Positions 1 to 1,007 of a stretch of 1,007 bases of DNA are shown here, in pieces. Both the position numbers and the translations under genes were made by a program. Under the pieces are notes generated by a model, which saw nothing but the letters and a program-made list of their open reading frames with translations, was not told where the DNA came from and searched no databases. The stretch's first letter is position 1. The number at the start of each line of letters is the position of its first letter. This stretch comes from Naegleria gruberi (taxonomy: Eukaryota), in the NCBI GenBank assembly GCA_000004985.1, contig GG739623.1; one strand, written 5' to 3'.

Positions 1-138
1 AGTATCAAATATGAATACACTCCTCTTGATAAGGAGAACAATCTGATAAAGTTTCACATTGATGGCTCAGTATCTTACAGTCAACCAATATACCTTAGAA
101 TATAGTTTACATTCCATCTCAGTCATTTCAAAGAGTTA

Positions 139-146
139 TTGATCAA
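139..146. repeat. Third copy of the 8-bp palindrome TTGATCAA.
   Basis: tattgatcaattcc; TTGATCAA at 139-146. Three copies in 1 kb against an expectation far below 1. Confidence 0.5.
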
Positions 147-220
147 TTCCAACACCAATATGTTACTCACACATTATAGTACAATTCATGTTTCAAGAGT
201 GATTTCTATGATAAAGTTGA

Positions 221-254
221 TGGAAGTGAGTGCCAAATGGCACTTTCACTTCCA
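221..254. repeat. 34-bp imperfect palindrome (hairpin-capable dyad): TGGAAGTGA-GTGCCA-aa-TGGCAC-ttt-CACTTCCA.
   Basis: 221-228 tggaagtg pairs with 247-254 cacttcca (8 bp). 230-235 gtgcca pairs with 238-243 tggcac (6 bp). A 2-nt spacer/loop and a 2-nt bulge (ttt against a) separate the arms. It sits immediately 5' of the 14-bp direct repeat at 256-269. Confidence 0.45.
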
Positions 255-255
255 A

Positions 256-269
256 TATAGTAGTAAGCT
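256..269. repeat. Copy 1 of the 14-bp exact direct repeat TATAGTAGTAAGCT, in a non-coding context (it closes a short frame-1 ORF 106-273).
   Basis: Identical 14-mer at 256-269 and 877-890. Both are in frame 1 and both encode YSSKL. A W codon lies 6 codons upstream in both copies (KWHFHFQYSSKL versus NWYGVQKYSSKL). Confidence 0.5.
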
Positions 270-344
270 TTGTTAATCCTTTCGATTCTGAGCCATTTTC
301 ACATCAACTTGAATCTATTTTTAACTTTTCCGCGCGTTTTTCGG

Positions 345-380
345 TTTGATCAAGCGACAAAAATAATTTTGATCAAGTGA
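345..380. promoter_or_regulatory. Two tandem 13-bp direct repeats, TTTGATCAAG(C/T)GA at 345-357 and 368-380, 23 bp apart. Each contains the 8-bp perfect palindrome TTGATCAA. This is a candidate binding site for a dimeric DNA-binding protein (operator or iteron-like).
   Basis: Read directly from the sequence: tttgatcaagcga…(10 bp)…tttgatcaagtga, 12/13 identical. TTGATCAA is its own reverse complement. A third TTGATCAA lies at 139-146. Confidence 0.35.
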
Positions 381-489
381 TTTTATTACCACTAGCCACC
401 ATCATAACTTGATATATATAAATATTTAACAATTTCACATCAGCCGTATATTGTGCCCCATTACAATCACCATCTTTTGACATCATTTG

Positions 490-520
490 TGATATATATT
501 GTTAATGTATTTAAGGAGAA
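490..520 (+). promoter_or_regulatory. Weak candidate sigma70-type signal: extended -10-like TGaTATATA (490-498) followed by a strong Shine-Dalgarno-like TAAGGAGAA (512-520). No adequately spaced start codon or ORF follows.
   Basis: The TTGACA at 476-481 is only 11 bp upstream of the tatata hexamer, which is too close for a canonical -35. ATG at 544 is 25 nt from the SD and opens a 6-codon ORF. The same TAAGGAGAA word recurs at 30-38, again without a properly spaced start. Only meaningful if the host is bacterial. Confidence 0.12.
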
Positions 521-530
521 AAGCTTAATA

Positions 531-562
531 AATAGGGGTTGACATGGGATCCAAACCCTATT
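531..562. repeat. 32-bp imperfect inverted repeat: AATA(G)GGGTT - gacatgggatcca - AACCCTATT. It is a stem-loop candidate with a 5-bp core stem extendable to 9 bp with one bulged G and a 13-nt loop.
   Basis: 536-540 gggtt pairs with 554-558 aaccc. With G535 bulged, 531-534 aata pairs with 559-562 tatt. The loop contains the GGATCC palindrome. TTGACA at 539-544 overlaps the left arm. Confidence 0.35.
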
Positions 563-595
563 AGGAAAAAGAAAAAACTAGGCAGTCCTTTTAAG

Positions 596-703
596 TCTGC
601 TATTGTTCTTCGAAACGTGAATCTGAGAGTTTCCACTACTAAGGCAGCCGATTCCCCATGTATGGCTGTAGATAAAAGTGAACTCTCAGAGGAGGACAAT
701 TAA
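596..703 (+). pseudogene. Possible out-of-frame remnant (frame 2) of the N-terminal part of the same EEP domain. If so, a frameshift would be needed near 680-700 to join it to frame 1.
   Basis: Frame 2 is open from 536 to the TAA at 701-703 and reads …KSAIVLRNVNLRVSTTKAADSPCMAVDKSELSEEDN*. 'IVLRNVNLR' resembles the EEP N-terminal motif (ExoIII 'FVSFNINGLR', L1 'ILTLNINGLN'). 'DSPCMAVDKSEL' loosely resembles the 'D(i/p)..C(l/i)QET.L' block (L1 'DPSVCCIQETHL'), but the catalytic E appears lost. The distance to the 'NIINWY' block (~76 aa) is shorter than in ExoIII/L1, which implies internal deletions. Confidence 0.25.
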
Positions 704-1007
704 ACATCACCTTAGAATGGCCAGTTGCAACCTCTCGTCCTTTTCAATCGACAAACAGGCCATTCTTCTTCACCACAATTTCTTTTGAAGTGCTAGTTTC
801 AGGCAGAGTTTCATGTTTAAAATTAGAAACTGATTATGGTGTTGTCAACATCATTAATTGGTACGGTGTGCAAAAGTATAGTAGTAAGCTCTCAGAGTAT
901 TTACTGGAAGCTATGTTTCACTCGGAACATGTTATTATAATGGGTGACCTTAATATCAACACCTTGTTTGGCTCGGAGAAGAGGAAAGCGAGCGCCTTCA
1001 ATGAATG
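682..1007 (+). CDS. Partial EEP-superfamily (exonuclease III / AP-endonuclease / LINE-EN-like) nuclease domain. Frame 1 is open from the TGA at 679-681 to the window edge. There is no in-frame ATG before 913; GTG at 790 is the only conventional alternative start. The 3' end is outside the window.
   Basis: Frame-1 translation: TLRGGQLNITLEWPVATSRPFQSTNRPFFFTTISFEVLVSGRVSCLKLETDYGVVNIINWYGVQKYSSKLSEYLLEAMFHSEHVIIMGDLNINTLFGSEKRKASAFNE. The blocks 'GRV', 'VVNIINWYGV' and 'HVIIMGDLNI' correspond to the EEP motifs '(E)GR.i', 'v.N.Y.Pn' and 'vIl.GDfN'. Compare ExoIII 'VTVINGYFP…VLIMGDMNISP' and L1 EN 'LNIYAPN…HTLIMGDFNTPL'; spacing is about 34 aa, as in L1. 108 codons without a stop in a ~66% AT sequence is itself improbable by chance. 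All motif comparison was done from memory, not by a search. Confidence 0.55.
877..890. repeat. Copy 2 of the 14-bp exact direct repeat TATAGTAGTAAGCT, inside the EEP coding frame (…VQKYSSKLSEY…).
   Basis: Exact identity to 256-269; the flanking bases differ (a/g before, t/c after). Confidence 0.5.

Noticed and set aside
60-100. The minus-strand translation here gives 'RWNVNYILRYIG*', which looks like the classic EEP N-terminal 'SWNVNG' motif.
   Set aside because: It is on the opposite strand from the EEP body. It is 12 codons long, bounded by stops, and has no downstream LQET-like block. It is very probably a chance match. It would matter only if an inversion could be shown.
326-345. A GC island, ccgcgcg, flanked by T-runs (cttttccgcgcgtttttcgg), as a possible rho-independent terminator.
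   Set aside because: The only available stem is ~3 bp (ccg…cgg) around a 9-nt loop. That is not a stable GC-rich hairpin preceding the T-tract. CGCGCG is palindromic and conspicuous in AT-rich DNA, but there is no convincing terminator structure.
383-391. A DnaA-box-like word, ttattacca.
   Set aside because: It does not fit the TTATNCACA consensus (acca versus caca). No other DnaA-box-like words were found.
265-552. HindIII (265-270, 521-526) and BamHI (547-552) sites close to TTGACA and an SD-like word, as a possible cloning-vector or polylinker artefact.
   Set aside because: Six-bp sites at this frequency are expected by chance in 1 kb of AT-rich DNA. The surrounding sequence has no vector-like features.
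536-618. Possible tRNA or other small RNA gene (stem-loop at 536-558; ttcgaa at 609-614).
   Set aside because: There is no cloverleaf. There is no GTTCGAATC-type T-loop with a matching acceptor stem. The arm lengths do not fit a tRNA.
511-699. The 62-aa ORF on the minus strand from the supplied track (MSSSESSLLSTAIHGESAAL…FFFFLIGFGSHVNPYLLSFSP).
   Set aside because: It begins with TTG rather than ATG. The peptide is low-complexity (SSSESS, FFFFL from the antisense of the A-rich tract) and has no recognisable motifs. It lies exactly antisense to the frame-2 segment that carries the putative EEP N-terminal remnants. It is most likely an antisense open frame of a decaying gene, not a real CDS.
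256-890. The 14-bp direct repeats as target-site duplications of a 607-bp insertion into the nuclease gene.
   Set aside because: Removing 270-890 would join non-EEP-like sequence (…MEVSAKWHFHFQ) to YSSKLSEYLL. The present copy-2 context (…GRVSCLKLETDYGVVNIINWYGVQK) is the one that matches the EEP family. The current arrangement is therefore the ancestral coding one, not an interrupted one.

Overview
This is an AT-rich window (roughly one-third GC by eye) that is non-coding on every frame for its first ~680 bp and then opens into one long + strand reading frame (frame 1, 682..1007) that runs off the 3' edge. The C-terminal ~70 codons of that frame carry clear hallmarks of the endonuclease/exonuclease/phosphatase (EEP; ExoIII/APE1/LINE-endonuclease-like) fold. 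These are a 'GRV' block (802-810), a 'VVNIINWYGV' block (841-870) and a 'HVIIMGDLNINTLFG' block (928-972). The block order matches ExoIII (…VINGYFP… then …VLIMGDMNI…), and both order and spacing match L1-type endonuclease (…LNIYAPN… about 34 aa then …HTLIMGDFN…). The frame has no ATG, is closed by TGA at 679-681, and lacks the N-terminal half of the domain. Degenerate versions of the N-terminal motifs ('RNVNLR', 'DSPCMAVDKSEL') sit just upstream in a different frame (frame 2, about 596-700). The simplest reading is therefore a frameshifted, decaying EEP gene, either a cellular ExoIII-like gene or the endonuclease of an APE-type non-LTR retroelement. A downstream exon of an intron-containing gene is not excluded. 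The upstream 680 bp is unusually rich in recurring short words and dyads. TTGATCAA, an 8-bp perfect palindrome, occurs 3 times, two of them inside tandem 13-mers 23 bp apart. TTTCACAT occurs 3 times, and TGATAAAGTT, TGATATATAT and TAAGGAGAA occur twice each. There is a 34-bp imperfect palindrome (221-254), a 32-bp imperfect palindrome (531-562), and a 14-bp exact direct repeat whose second copy lies inside the EEP coding sequence. The only ORF on the supplied track (62 aa, minus strand) is most likely an antisense artefact. I cannot tell from composition alone whether the host is prokaryotic or eukaryotic, and both readings are kept open below.
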